From Nitrospirota bacterium (GTDB lineage: Bacteria > Nitrospirota > Nitrospiria > Nitrospirales > UBA8639), in assembly GCA_035873215.1 (NCBI GenBank), contig JAYWMS010000393.1, positions 1-30,767 on the forward strand: a stretch of DNA of 30,767 bases. Direction: 5' to 3'. Numbering within the stretch: the stretch's first letter is position 1; every line of letters starts with the position of its first letter. A program made the position numbers and the translations under genes. The notes below the pieces were generated by a model that did not search any database, was not told the DNA's origin, and worked only from the letters and a program-made list of their open reading frames with translations. Of the stretch, positions 1-10,500 are shown in pieces.

Positions 1-155
1 CCCCCCTGATTGCTTCATCTGCAGTGAGAGTCCTCCATCCCATTGAATTCTACATTCAGAAGTTCCCAGTCTTGCCGGTCCCGAAGTGTACACAGCTCAG
101 GATGCCCTCGCAATGTTAGGTTTTAGGCTCCATTCAAAGGATTATTCCCTGTTTG

Positions 156-185
156 TTGAGAAGGTTGGAAGGGCTTGGTTATAAT
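156..185 (+). promoter_or_regulatory. Candidate sigma70 promoter for the phosphonate/lipid operon
   Basis: TTGAGA (156-161), an 18-nt spacer and a perfect TATAAT (180-185), upstream of the repeat at 223 and the CDS at 503. Confidence 0.45.
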
Positions 186-222
186 CGCACGGTTAAAGCA
201 ATGCCGGATAGATTAGCTGACT

Positions 223-414
223 GGGAATGTTGAAAAAAGCCGCCAGCGGTGTTCTCGCCCTTTTGGCGTGCTCACGTACTGGGAGTACGCTCCGCGCCCC
301 AAAATGGCTGCGGCCTTGCTGGACGGACTTTTTTGACCATTCCCGGCGGCTTCTGAGATTGATTTTGTCTAGGGCCTGTATGGGCCATGTGAAAGAAATT
401 TTCAACAGGCCCTA
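223..414 (+). repeat. Modular MITE-like palindromic element, copy 1
   Basis: Starts GGGAATGTTGAAAAA, has an inner inverted end TTTTTGACCATTCCC (330-344) and an outer end TTTTCAACAGGCCCTA (to 414). The core is similar to 14956-15215 and 18358-18723. Confidence 0.8.
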
Positions 415-502
415 CTCTGATTATCTCTGTCTTTTTATACACTCTGGGGCTTGTCTTGTCGCCTTATTAATTCCTTGTAACTCTAACAGATAGGTCTTTA
501 TT

Positions 503-1000
503 GTGATCGAAAGTGATGATTTTGTTCAGGCGCTGCAGGATATCGGGTTTGATTTATTTACGGGTGTTCCAGATACGATTCTTGGCGGAATTATTGCCAC
601 ATTGAGCGATCGGCAGCTCTATACTCCAGCCGTGCGTGAAGATGAAGCCGCTGCGATGGCAGCTGGGGCTTTTTTAGGAGGGAAAACTCCTGCCGTATTG
701 ATGCAGAACTCAGGGTTGGGGAATGCACTCAATGTTTTGATCTCGCTGCACTTGATCTATCGGATCCCGTCTTTGCTGATTGTGTCCTGGCGTGGGTTTG
801 AGGGAAAAGATGCGCCGGAGCATCTCGTCATGGGACAGACGATGCCTCAGTTGCTCGACTTGGTCAAAATTCCGCATCGCACATTGTCAAAGGACACGAT
901 GGTGGAGGACCTGAAGTGGACGGCACACACATTCAGGGAACAACGCATTCCTGTCGCGTTGTTATTGAAAAAGGGAATCGTCAAAACGGTACAACCATAA
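503..1000 (+). CDS. Phosphonopyruvate/sulfopyruvate decarboxylase alpha subunit (Ppd/ComD-like, TPP enzyme N-terminal PYR domain)
   Basis: Motifs FTGVPD, REDEA and LMQNSGLGN are typical of ComD/Ppd alpha domains. Confidence 0.85.
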   Translation: MIESDDFVQALQDIGFDLFTGVPDTILGGIIATLSDRQLYTPAVREDEAAAMAAGAFLGGKTPAVLMQNSGLGNALNVLISLHLIYRIPSLLIVSWRGFEGKDAPEHLVMGQTMPQLLDLVKIPHRTLSKDTMVEDLKWTAHTFREQRIPVALLLKKGIVKTVQP

Positions 1001-1002
1001 TA

Positions 1003-1083
1003 CGTGAACCGTAAATCGTAAGCCGTGAAACGACACATCGAAAATTCGGTTCTGACGTTTCGGATTACGGATGACTGGTCACG
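1003..1083. repeat. Inverted pair of degenerate heptamer tandem arrays (CGTRANN x4 ... reverse complement x4)
   Basis: Left arm CGTGAAC CGTAAAT CGTAAGC CGTGAAA (1003-1030). Right arm CGTTTCG GATTACG GATGACT GGTCACG (1056-1083). Confidence 0.55.
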
Positions 1084-1155
1084 ATTCATCACCTTGGAAG
1101 GATATATCAGTGAACGTCCATCTACTAGCGGGAATCCAATTGAGAGTAGGGAAAC

Positions 1156-1749
1156 ATGATGAGACCTGAAGAGGGGGTGATGCAAAGCCGGGCGCAGGCC
1201 ATGGCGGCGCTGCTTGATCAATTAACCGATCACCCGGTGATCGTTTGCAATGGGTTTCCGTCACGGGAAGCACAGAAGATCAACGATCGACCCGGGAATT
1301 TCTACATGATTGGGTCCATGGGCGTGACCGCGTCCATCGGATTGGGATTAGCGCTGGCTAAGCCCGATCAAAAAGTTGTGGTGTTTGATGGAGACGGGAA
1401 TGTGCTGATGGGGATGGGGACGCTTGCCACGATCGGGGCCTTGAAACCCAAGAATCTCATTCATGTCGTTTTTGATAACGAGGTGTATGGGACAACCGGC
1501 AATCAGCCAACCTATTCTCGGTTGGTTCGCTTGAATCATATGGCGAAGTCTGCAGGCTATGTAAATGTGGAGCGGGTGTGGGAACGGGAAGACATCGTGT
1601 ACGAATTCAAGGATATGTTAAAGCAAGATGGACCAAGCTTTTTGTTAATTAAAGTCAATGAACAGATTGAGGATGCTGATCGTGTGGCTCTGGATCCTGC
1701 TGATATCACGTCGAGGTTTAAAGCCGCCGTTGAATCTGCTTCATCATGA
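1156..1749 (+). CDS. Phosphonopyruvate/sulfopyruvate decarboxylase beta subunit (TPP-binding, ComE-like)
   Basis: TPP/Mg motif GDGNVLMGMG...DNEVYGTTGNQPT and FYMIGSMG. Confidence 0.85.
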   Translation: MMRPEEGVMQSRAQAMAALLDQLTDHPVIVCNGFPSREAQKINDRPGNFYMIGSMGVTASIGLGLALAKPDQKVVVFDGDGNVLMGMGTLATIGALKPKNLIHVVFDNEVYGTTGNQPTYSRLVRLNHMAKSAGYVNVERVWEREDIVYEFKDMLKQDGPSFLLIKVNEQIEDADRVALDPADITSRFKAAVESASS

Positions 1750-1802
1750 ATAACCTGATACTTCTTAATAGTGGTTGTACCTGAAAGGAAAATAGGTCTC
1801 TG

Positions 1803-2897
1803 ATGATACTCCTCAATCCAGGTCCCGTGAATGTTTCGGAGCGCGTTCGGAACGCATTGACGATGCAGGATATTTGTCATCGGGAATCCGAATGTGCGGA
1901 TCTCATGGCCAATATTCAGGACAAACTCCTGCGGGCTTTTGTGCCTGGTGCGGAATCGGACTACGTGGCGATTTTATTAACGGGCTCCGGGACGGCGGCG
2001 GTTGAGGCGACGATTCTCTCAGCGTTGCCTATGGGTAAGCGCTTCATCGTGATCAATAACGGGGTCTATGGCCAGCGGATTTCCTTGATGGTGGCCTCGC
2101 AGCGCCTGGGGACGTCTGAAATCAAGGCGGAATGGCATACTCGCCCCGATCCTGAAAAAGTTCGGTTGATTCTACAACAGCACAAGGAAGCCTATGCTGT
2201 TGCGATGGTCCATCATGAGACCACCTTGGGCCTCATCAATCCTGTAGAAGAAATCGCGAAGATCGTGGATGGCTTCAATCGAGTATTTATCGTGGATTCG
2301 GTGAGCGGATTGGCCGGCGAATCAATTGATATCGCCAAATCACACATGTATCTGGTGGCTGGCACGGCGGGAAAGTGTATTCAAGGCTTTCCTGGAGTCT
2401 CGTTTGTGCTGGCTCGCAAAGGCTACATGGACAAAATGTTGAAATTCCCCAAACGGTCCTGTTATCTGAACCTGGCGAATTACTATCAAGCGCAACAGCA
2501 AGGGAGCGTGCCGTTCACACCGGCGGTGCAAGTGTATTCCGCGTTTCATGAGGCGTTGACGGAGTTGCTGGAAGAAGGCGTGAATAATCGTATCCAACGT
2601 TATGCCCGTGGGGCAAAAGTGATTCGCGAAGGTATGGCAAGTTTGGGGGTTCAGGCTGTGTTGCCCGCAGAGGTACAATCCAATTCTTTGACGGCCTTTT
2701 ACCTGCCGGATGGGGTGTCGTACCAGAATCTGCATGATCAACTTAAAGCACGTGAGTTTGTCATCTATGCAGGTCAAGATCATTTAGAGTCCAAGATTTT
2801 CCGGGTGGCTAATATGGGCAATCTGGAAGAGAAAGATTTCCAAGCCTTCCTCTCAGCATTCGAAGAGGTCTTGCAAGGGGCACCTGCTCAAACATGA
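1803..2897 (+). CDS. Class V PLP aminotransferase, 2-aminoethylphosphonate transaminase (PhnW/AepZ-like)
   Basis: LNPGPV, GSGTAAVE, HHETTLG, DSVS, and the PLP lysine in GTAGKCIQGFPG. Confidence 0.85.
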   Translation: MILLNPGPVNVSERVRNALTMQDICHRESECADLMANIQDKLLRAFVPGAESDYVAILLTGSGTAAVEATILSALPMGKRFIVINNGVYGQRISLMVASQRLGTSEIKAEWHTRPDPEKVRLILQQHKEAYAVAMVHHETTLGLINPVEEIAKIVDGFNRVFIVDSVSGLAGESIDIAKSHMYLVAGTAGKCIQGFPGVSFVLARKGYMDKMLKFPKRSCYLNLANYYQAQQQGSVPFTPAVQVYSAFHEALTELLEEGVNNRIQRYARGAKVIREGMASLGVQAVLPAEVQSNSLTAFYLPDGVSYQNLHDQLKAREFVIYAGQDHLESKIFRVANMGNLEEKDFQAFLSAFEEVLQGAPAQT

Positions 2898-3625
2898 ATG
2901 CCGTGATTCTGGCTGCCGGCGTGGGGACGCGATTACATTCCCTTACCCAGCATCGCCCCAAATGTTTGATTGAACTTGGTGGACGATCGTTGCTGGCTCG
3001 GTATTTTGACGCCTTGGCTAAGGTGGCTATCCGGCACATTGCCATCATTGTTGGATACAAACACGAAATGATCCGCGAGGCGGTAGGGACGTTTTCTGGT
3101 TCACATTCTGTACAATTCATCCTGAATGAAGATTATCGAAGGGGGAGTGTCGGATCATTGTGGCGGGCCCGGGAAATGTTGGATGATGATGCCCTCATTA
3201 TGGATGCTGACGTGCTGTTTCATCAGGCGATTCTCGACCGGCTTGTACAGTCGGCCCATCCCAATGCGTTACTGATGGATGAAACCGTCCAACAAACGAC
3301 CGAAGAGTGCATGGTAGTGGTCCGGAATAACCGGGTTGTGGCTTTGACCAAGCGTATGCCCACGACCTATGATGTGGTGGGTGAGGGTGTCGGGTTTCTT
3401 AAGGTGGCTAAGGCTGATGGGCCGAAACTTATCCAGGCGGTAGAAGGGCGAATCAATTGCGGTCAGCTGGATATGGATTATGAAGATGCTTTGGAGGAAT
3501 TTTTTCGGTCGACGGAAGTCGGTTACGAAACGATAGGTGGTTTTCCCTGGGTTGAAATCGACTTTCCGGAGGATGTACAACGTGCGCAAAATGACGTGTT
3601 GCCCAAGTTGCATCAGCATGTTTAG
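2894..3625 (+). CDS. LicC/PntC-family cytidylyltransferase (phosphocholine/phosphonate CMP transferase)
   Basis: ILAAGVGTRL...PKCL signature, DAD motif and WVEIDFPED C-terminus. ATGA overlap with the upstream stop. Confidence 0.85.
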   Translation: MNAVILAAGVGTRLHSLTQHRPKCLIELGGRSLLARYFDALAKVAIRHIAIIVGYKHEMIREAVGTFSGSHSVQFILNEDYRRGSVGSLWRAREMLDDDALIMDADVLFHQAILDRLVQSAHPNALLMDETVQQTTEECMVVVRNNRVVALTKRMPTTYDVVGEGVGFLKVAKADGPKLIQAVEGRINCGQLDMDYEDALEEFFRSTEVGYETIGGFPWVEIDFPEDVQRAQNDVLPKLHQHV

Positions 3626-3680
3626 ATAATGGAAGCCTACAGCTTGTTAGAAACCTAAAACATTCTTCTTAGATCAGGTT

Positions 3681-5150
3681 ATGGACGGAACTCTTCACAA
3701 ATCGGAAGTTGGCACACTCGATACCGCGATTCTCCTGGCTTCTTCAGGTGTTTTTGATATTGGGGTGAATACTGAAACGCCTACGGTTGGCGCATTGACC
3801 CGTATTGGTGGGTTGACCCTATTTCAGCGTACGGTTTTTACCTTACAACGTGGCGGGATTTCACAAATTTTCGCGCTCGTCGGAGATGAAGAAGCAGAAT
3901 TGCGGTCTCTGATTCATGCGGACGATCGCGTACAAGCTGTGATTCGATGGTTGCCGACACGAGAATTTCCTCCATCGGACCCGCAAACTTGGGAAACTCT
4001 GGCTAGCGAAGTCAAAAGCTCCTGTTTAATCCTCGGGTGCCATATGGTGTTTTCTCCTGCGCTCGTTGAATCGATCCGCGAAGAGTCGCGTGATGGCCGG
4101 GTGGTCGTTGCAATCGGTCGGCCCGGAGAGCCGGGATGGACGGGAAACCCTGGGGTGTTGATGCGAGCCGATGCCTCTTCAACAGGGGTGTCACACCGCA
4201 TTGTGTTTCACGATAAACTTGGTCGACCGCATGCCGCTTCGCAAGAATCCGGAGAAGGGTTAGCCCCTGCGGTAGACTTGGTCGCGTTACCTTTTAGGCT
4301 GATGGGCATATCCGGCGCCTGGAATACACCTGAAACCGGTCCCATCCGATTGGCCCTGGAGCAGGCAGCTGCAGAAGGTGTTGTTCAAACCGTGTCGGCT
4401 TCTACCCATGGCTACGTGGATGTGCGTGGTAATAATGGTGCGAGCCGGGCTGAGCAGATGCTGTTTAAGTCGTTTCAAACGGTGAAGGGCAGTCTTGATG
4501 GTGTCATCGACCGATTTGTCAATCGCAAGTTTTCGGCTCTCTTTACTCGTGGGTTCATTCGCCTTGGCCTTTCTCCAAATACGATCACCATTCTTTCGAT
4601 GATGATAGGGTTGGCTGGCGCAGCTTGTTTTGCGACCGGCTCCTACCAGATCGGCATTGTCGGGGCCCTACTCTTTCAATTGGCGGTCATCATTGATTGC
4701 TGTGACGGTGAAGTTGCCCGACTCACCTTTGCAGAATCACCATTTGGCCAAGAACTTGATATCATTGCAGACAATATTGTTCATATGGCGATTTTTGCCG
4801 GAGTGGCCTGGGGTTCGTATCTGACAGGTCCATGGGCGCAGACGCATTGGCCCCTACTACTGGGCGCTATTGCGATCTTGGCCAACGGATTTTCCCTGTG
4901 GTGTGTGAATGTGGTGCGTCATATGAAAGGCAACCCGCTTCGTTGGAGTCGACTGAACGTGTGGCAACGAAAGCGATTGGAGTTTATTTTGGGGAATGTC
5001 GCGAACCGTGATTTTTCGGTTGTGGTATTACTGTTTGCCTGCGTCGGCATCTTGCCGTGGTTTCTTTGGTTGGGAGCGGTAGGCACAAGTTTTTTTGCAC
5101 TTTTCATGGCCTGGATTTTACGTCGAGCTCTTCTTCCCCGTTCTGCATAG
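3681..5150 (+). CDS. CDP-alcohol phosphatidyltransferase with a degenerate N-terminal nucleotidyltransferase-like domain
   Basis: DGEVARLTFAESPFGQELDIIAD matches D-G-x2-A-R-x8-G-x3-D-x3-D exactly. The C-terminal half is hydrophobic and multi-TM. The N-terminus is NTase-like (AILLASSG...IGGLTLFQR). Confidence 0.85.
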   Translation: MDGTLHKSEVGTLDTAILLASSGVFDIGVNTETPTVGALTRIGGLTLFQRTVFTLQRGGISQIFALVGDEEAELRSLIHADDRVQAVIRWLPTREFPPSDPQTWETLASEVKSSCLILGCHMVFSPALVESIREESRDGRVVVAIGRPGEPGWTGNPGVLMRADASSTGVSHRIVFHDKLGRPHAASQESGEGLAPAVDLVALPFRLMGISGAWNTPETGPIRLALEQAAAEGVVQTVSASTHGYVDVRGNNGASRAEQMLFKSFQTVKGSLDGVIDRFVNRKFSALFTRGFIRLGLSPNTITILSMMIGLAGAACFATGSYQIGIVGALLFQLAVIIDCCDGEVARLTFAESPFGQELDIIADNIVHMAIFAGVAWGSYLTGPWAQTHWPLLLGAIAILANGFSLWCVNVVRHMKGNPLRWSRLNVWQRKRLEFILGNVANRDFSVVVLLFACVGILPWFLWLGAVGTSFFALFMAWILRRALLPRSA

Positions 5151-5154
5151 CCCA

Positions 5155-6162
5155 GTGATCCGACTGGTATTTCTCATCATTGGTTTTCTCGCCCTCGTCG
5201 GTCTCGTTTGGCATATCGGACCTTCGCAGATATTCCTCGCGGTTGAACAACTCAGTTCTCTGGCGATTTTCGTCATCTTCCTCACCATGGTGCCGGTTTA
5301 TGGCCTTGAAGCCTATGGATGGCAACTCACTCTGGGCTCACTGACAACGCGTGTCGGATTTCTTCGGTTGTTCGCCGTCCGGATGGCCGGAGAAGCGATT
5401 AATATGACGACCCCCACCGGATATGTCGGTGGTGAGCCCATGAAAGCCTATCTCCTTCAACAGTACGGTGTGGATTTAGTTGATGGGCTGGCTTCGGTGG
5501 TCACTGCCAAGACCACGTTAGTATTAGCCCAAATCTTGTTTATGTTGATGGGTATGGGTTTGACGGTGTGGATACTAGGCAGCTCGGATTATAACCTATT
5601 AGCTGCCCTCGTCAGTGTGGGGATGTTGGCGCTGGGGCTCTTTCTTTTGTTTGCGGTCCAGCGGTACGGCATTGGTGCCGGTTTATTGCGTCTCTTGCGT
5701 GCGATCAAGATTCGGCTTGCTTTCCTGGAAGCACGAGAGGCCAAACTTCTGGAGTTGGATGAGACCATTCAAAAGTTCTATCGAGAACGGCATGCTACGT
5801 TTTTGTTTGCGGTCGGGGTGTTTTTTCTTGGATGGCTGGCTGAGGCCTTAGAAGTGTATGCCATTCTGTATTTCCTGGATGTTCAGGTTGACCTTCTGTC
5901 TTCCTTGGCTATTGCGGCGTTGGCGGTGCTGATTAAGGGTAGTGTTTTTTTTATCCCCGGGAGTCTAGGCGCACAAGAGGGAGGCTACCTGCTTTTGTTG
6001 TTGGCATTTGGCTATGACGATGTCACCGGGATTACCTTTGCCCTGTTGCGTCGATTGCGGGAGATTATTTGGATTGTTGTGGGTTTAGTGTTCCTTGCGC
6101 TTTTGAAGGATAAGAAAAAGTTGCCTCCGGCGGATACACCAATGCCGGTTCATGCAGAATGA
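5155..6162 (+). CDS. Flippase-like lysylphosphatidylglycerol synthase TM-region (UPF0104) membrane protein
   Basis: Multi-TM protein with TPTGYVGGEPMKAYLL and PGSLGAQEGG motifs. The in-frame GTG at 5155, just after the upstream stop, is preferred over the ORF-track start at 5095. Confidence 0.75.
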   Translation: MIRLVFLIIGFLALVGLVWHIGPSQIFLAVEQLSSLAIFVIFLTMVPVYGLEAYGWQLTLGSLTTRVGFLRLFAVRMAGEAINMTTPTGYVGGEPMKAYLLQQYGVDLVDGLASVVTAKTTLVLAQILFMLMGMGLTVWILGSSDYNLLAALVSVGMLALGLFLLFAVQRYGIGAGLLRLLRAIKIRLAFLEAREAKLLELDETIQKFYRERHATFLFAVGVFFLGWLAEALEVYAILYFLDVQVDLLSSLAIAALAVLIKGSVFFIPGSLGAQEGGYLLLLLAFGYDDVTGITFALLRRLREIIWIVVGLVFLALLKDKKKLPPADTPMPVHAE

Positions 6163-6253
6163 GTCTGTTGAGACTGAAAACAGATTCGTGAAGCAAGAAA
6201 CATGAGGAGTTGGGGCTGGGCTAGAGAGGAAAAGTGGAGGGTACTACATGCTA

Positions 6254-7270
6254 CTACAGGTCTCGATTGACCATGTAATCCGCGACAACGGCGAGTGATC
6301 TTCGTGCCGTGGAGTCTTCAAAAGAGTCCAATGTGAGAAGGGCCGAATCGATGTATTCTTGAGATCTGGTCATGGTGTAATCCAAAGACCCATGACATTC
6401 CATCATGTTGGTGATTTCTAGCAGTTCTCCTTCTCCCAATCCTCCCGCTTCAATTTTCTGAAGGATTTCCTGCCTTTTTTCATAAGAGGAGGATTGCAAC
6501 AGGTGCAGCAAGGGTAGTGTCACCATGCCTTGCATGAAGTCCTGGCCTAGTGTCTTCCCCAATCGTGTTCGGTTGGCCATGTAGTCCAATCGGTCATCCG
6601 CCAATTGAAAGGCAATCCCAAGATACATCCCAAATTGATAGAGGGCTTTCTGTTGTGTGGCTGTGGCGCCACCGATAATCGCCCCGACCTTGCATGCGGC
6701 TGCTACGAGCGCTCCAGTTTTGTATTCGATAATCTGCAAATAGTCTGTTTCGTTTTGAACGGGCTTTCGATTCGCGCACAGCTGAAGAATTTCGCCTTCA
6801 GCCATCTTGCGACAGGCGACAGATAGCACATCGTTGATGTCATGATTCTGAAAGGCCACAATTTCTTGCATGGCCCGGGAGTACAGATAGTCACCAATCA
6901 GAATGCTGGTGTGATTTCCCCAGATTCGCCTGGCTGTGTCACGACCTCGTCGCAAATCCGCTTCATCTAAGACATCGTCATGGAGAAGGGTTGCAGTGTG
7001 AATGAATTCGATAAGACTGCCGAGTCCAAACGCTCCCTGTGGATCAATGCCTCCCAGCCGGCTACAGAGAATGAGAAGGAGTGGGCGAATACGCTTGCCA
7101 CCCCCAGTTAGGATATGGGTGGCGATTTCGTTGATCAGCGGGATGGGGGAGTCAAGATGCTGTTGAATCTGCGCTTCTATTTCGCGCAAATCTTCACGGT
7201 ACATACTCCATACATCTTCCATCGTAAGGGAAGCCATGGAGCCTTGAACAACGGGAGGGCCTTTAGCCAT
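6254..7270 (-). CDS. ispB: Long-chain polyprenyl diphosphate synthase (IspB/HepT-like)
   Basis: GGKRIRP, first DDxxD (HDDVLD) followed by RRG, KTG, and second motif DDRLD. A small Ala at -5 from the first DDxxD points to a long-chain product. The start may be a few codons later. Confidence 0.8.
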   Translation of the reverse strand: MAKGPPVVQGSMASLTMEDVWSMYREDLREIEAQIQQHLDSPIPLINEIATHILTGGGKRIRPLLLILCSRLGGIDPQGAFGLGSLIEFIHTATLLHDDVLDEADLRRGRDTARRIWGNHTSILIGDYLYSRAMQEIVAFQNHDINDVLSVACRKMAEGEILQLCANRKPVQNETDYLQIIEYKTGALVAAACKVGAIIGGATATQQKALYQFGMYLGIAFQLADDRLDYMANRTRLGKTLGQDFMQGMVTLPLLHLLQSSSYEKRQEILQKIEAGGLGEGELLEITNMMECHGSLDYTMTRSQEYIDSALLTLDSFEDSTARRSLAVVADYMVNRDL

Positions 7271-7370
7271 CGGGGGATAGTAGGTGAGGGTCTAGTGAAT
7301 GTCAAGGATTGGGGAGGGGATATGACTCGATCGAGGGAGGCGCATAAAACGTAGATTACGAGCGCTTATC

Positions 7371-7400
7371 TTGACACCCTTAAGGGGCTTCAAGTAAATT
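7371..7400 (+). promoter_or_regulatory. Candidate sigma70 promoter of gltBD
   Basis: Perfect TTGACA (7371-7376), an 18-nt spacer containing the palindrome CCCTTAAGGG, and TAAATT (7395-7400). Confidence 0.5.
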
Positions 7401-7525
7401 TAAAAGTCACCCTGCCTACCTATCCGTGCTCTGATCATGTCACCATAATAGAGAGGTTTTGCAGGCAATGAAATGCCGCGGCCACCCTGTATGGCTGCCG
7501 GGTTTATCTCCCTATTCTTGATAAA

Positions 7526-10500
7526 TTGAATGGTTCATTAATGTTGTCTATGCCGCCTACATTTGGTTTGCCCCCGCGTCAAGGGCTCTATGATCCGCAA
7601 TTCGAAAAGGATGGTTGCGGCATCGGGTTTGTGGCCAATATCAAGGGGAATAAATCTCATGATATTGTTCAGCAGGCTCTCCAGGTTTTAAAGAACCTGC
7701 ATCATCGAGGAGCCCAGGGGTGTGATCCTTGCACAGGAGATGGGGCTGGTATCCTCATGCAGATCTCGCATGAGTTTTTTCGGCGGGCTGCTGCGGATAT
7801 CGGAATCAACCTTCCCGAGGCTGGGGGCTATGGCGTCGGGATGGTATTTCTCCCACAAGACGAGCCATTGCGCCATCAATGTCAAGGGCTCTTTGAATCG
7901 ATCATTCGAGAAGAAGGTGTTCGGTTTTTAGGTTGGCGTGATGTGCCTGTTAAACTCGAACACGTCGGGGATCAGGCCAAACAAACTCTTCCATACATCA
8001 GGCAGTTCTTTATCGCTCGCGACATTTTGAATGAGGCGCAATTTGAGCGGAAGCTCTATGTGGTGCGGAAACGCATTGCCCGCGCCATTCGAGAATCGGC
8101 CTTGGTCGAGCGCGGCAAGGTCTACGTGTGCAGCCTTTCTGCGAATACGATTGTCTTCAAGGGCATGCTCTTGCCCAAACAATTAGGCCACTTTTTCTCA
8201 GACTTAGAAGATACGAGCATGGTGTCGTCACTGGCCTTGGTGCATTCACGTTTTAGTACCAATACCTTTCCAACTTGGACTCTGGCTCATCCTTACCGTT
8301 ATACCGTTCACAATGGCGAGATCAATACGCTCCGCGGGAATGTTAATTGGATGCGAGCGAGACAGGGGCGATTGGAGTCCGACTTGCTGGGAAAGGATCT
8401 CGAAAAGCTGTATCCGATCGTCTACGAGAACCAAAGCGATTCAGCCTGTTTGGACAATGCAGTCGAGTTTTTGGTGATGGCGGGGCGATCGTTGCCCCAC
8501 GTCATGATGATGCTCATTCCAGAGCCCTGGGTAGGAAATCCAAGTATGAACCTTGACCGGCGCGGATTTTATGAATATCACGCGTCGATGATGGAACCCT
8601 GGGATGGCCCAGCAGCCGTCGCCTTTACCGATGGTAAGCTTATTGGCGCGACCCTCGATCGGAATGGGTTGCGGCCCTGCCGTTACCAAGTGACCACCGA
8701 TGATCTTGTTGTGCTTGCTTCTGAAGCCGGGGTTCTTCCGACCGATGCCAAAAACATTCGGGAGAAAGGTCGTCTTCAACCAGGGCGGATGTTTCTGGTG
8801 GATACGGTCCAGGGCCGAATTATTGACGACGAAGAAATTAAAGCGGATATTGCCGGGCGCAAACCATACCGAACTTGGTTGACTCAGCATCGTGTGTCCT
8901 TGGACGAGTTGCCAGAACCATTGAGCGTTCCACAACCTGATCATCCTACGCTTCGGGAACGTCAGCAGGCCTTTGGCGTCACCATTGAAGAGCTCAAAAT
9001 GGTCCTTACTCCCATGGGTATTAATGGCGAGGAACCGACGTCTTCTATGGGGACCGATACTCCGTTAGCGGTTCTTTCGAATCGACCTCAGCTCCTCCCG
9101 AAGTATTTTAAACAACTGTTTGCTCAAGTGACGAATCCACCCATTGATCCCATTCGTGAACAGTTGGTGATGTCACTGGTCACGAGCATTGGGCCCAAAC
9201 CGAATCTCATCGCGGAAACGCCAGAGGCCTGTCGGCGTATTAAAGTCCGGCAGCCGATTTTGACGAATGCCGAGTTGCAGAAACTCCGCGAGTTTGAAGA
9301 CCCGCATTTTGTGAGTAAGACCCTGCCGATGTTGTTCCGGGTCGCCGAGGGTCCTGATGGATTGGGTTCGGCGGTTGATCAGCTTTGCCGAGATGCATCC
9401 AAAGCGATCAAGGAGGGTTATAAGTTTTTGATATTAAGTGATCGTGGTATGAACGAGGAGTGGGCTCCAATTCCCAGTCTTTTGGGGATTGCGGCGGTCC
9501 ATCATCATTTGGTGCGTGAGGCTACCCGGACCGAGGTGGGTTTGATCCTTGAAACGGGTGAGCCGCGTGATGTGCACCATTTTGCCTGTTTGATCGGCTA
9601 TGGGGCTGGCGTGGTCAACCCCTACCTGGTGTTTGAAACCTATGTAGATTTGGAACGTGAAGGGTATTTACCCGAAGGCGTGGATGCCGATACCGCCTCG
9701 GAAAAATTTATTAAAGCCATTAATAAAGGGTTACTCAAGATTTTTTCCAAGATGGGAATTTCCACCGTGCAATCCTATTGTGGCGCCCAAATATTCGAAG
9801 CGCTGGGACTCAGCCAAAAACTCGTGGATCGTTATTTCACAGGGACCCCCTCGCGTGTCGAAGGCATTGGCATGCGGGAAATTGGCGAAGAGACGTTGCG
9901 TCGTCATTCCGTGGCCTATCAGCCTGCGCCCATACGGCAACTCGATTTCGGGAGCGAGATTCACTATCGCATCCAGGGTGAACATCATAATTGGAATCCG
10001 GACACCATCTCTAAATTACAACATGCCACTAGGGTCAATGATGCAAAGTCCTACGAAGAGTACTCCCAAATGGTCAATGACGAGAGCAAGTGTCGCTCGA
10101 ACCTTCGTGGATTGTTTGATTTCAAATTCGAACCACAACCCGTTTCCCTCGAAGAAGTCGAGTCAGTGAAAGATATCGTCAAGCGCTTCACGACGGGTGC
10201 CATGTCCTATGGCGCGATCAGCAAAGAAGCTCATGAAACCCTGGCGATAGCCATGAACCGCATTGGAGGCAAGAGTAATACCGGTGAGGGCGGGGAAGAT
10301 GGTGAACGATTCGTTCCGTTGCCCAATGGGGATTCGAAGAATTCGCATATCAAACAAGTGGCTTCAGGGCGATTTGGTGTCACGGCGAATTATTTAGTGA
10401 ATGCAAAAGAACTGCAAATTAAGATGGCGCAAGGCGCCAAGCCCGGGGAAGGTGGACAGTTGCCTGGGCATAAGGTGGATGAAATCATCGCCAACATGCG

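Noticed and set aside
1-43. Possible minus-strand gene start MGWRTLTADEAIRG running off the window edge
   Set aside because: Only 14 codons are visible, with no recognisable motif. It is not a PepM on the operon strand.
227-493. ORFs MLKKAASGVLA... (227-493), MGMLKKVASGVLA... (14954-15241), 18400-18708 and 193-405
   Set aside because: They are translations of the repeat element. They have different lengths and stops between copies and no RBS, so they are not supported as genes.
7400-7540. Possible riboswitch or attenuator in the gltB leader
   Set aside because: Only short weak stems are present, and I could not match any known aptamer consensus by eye.
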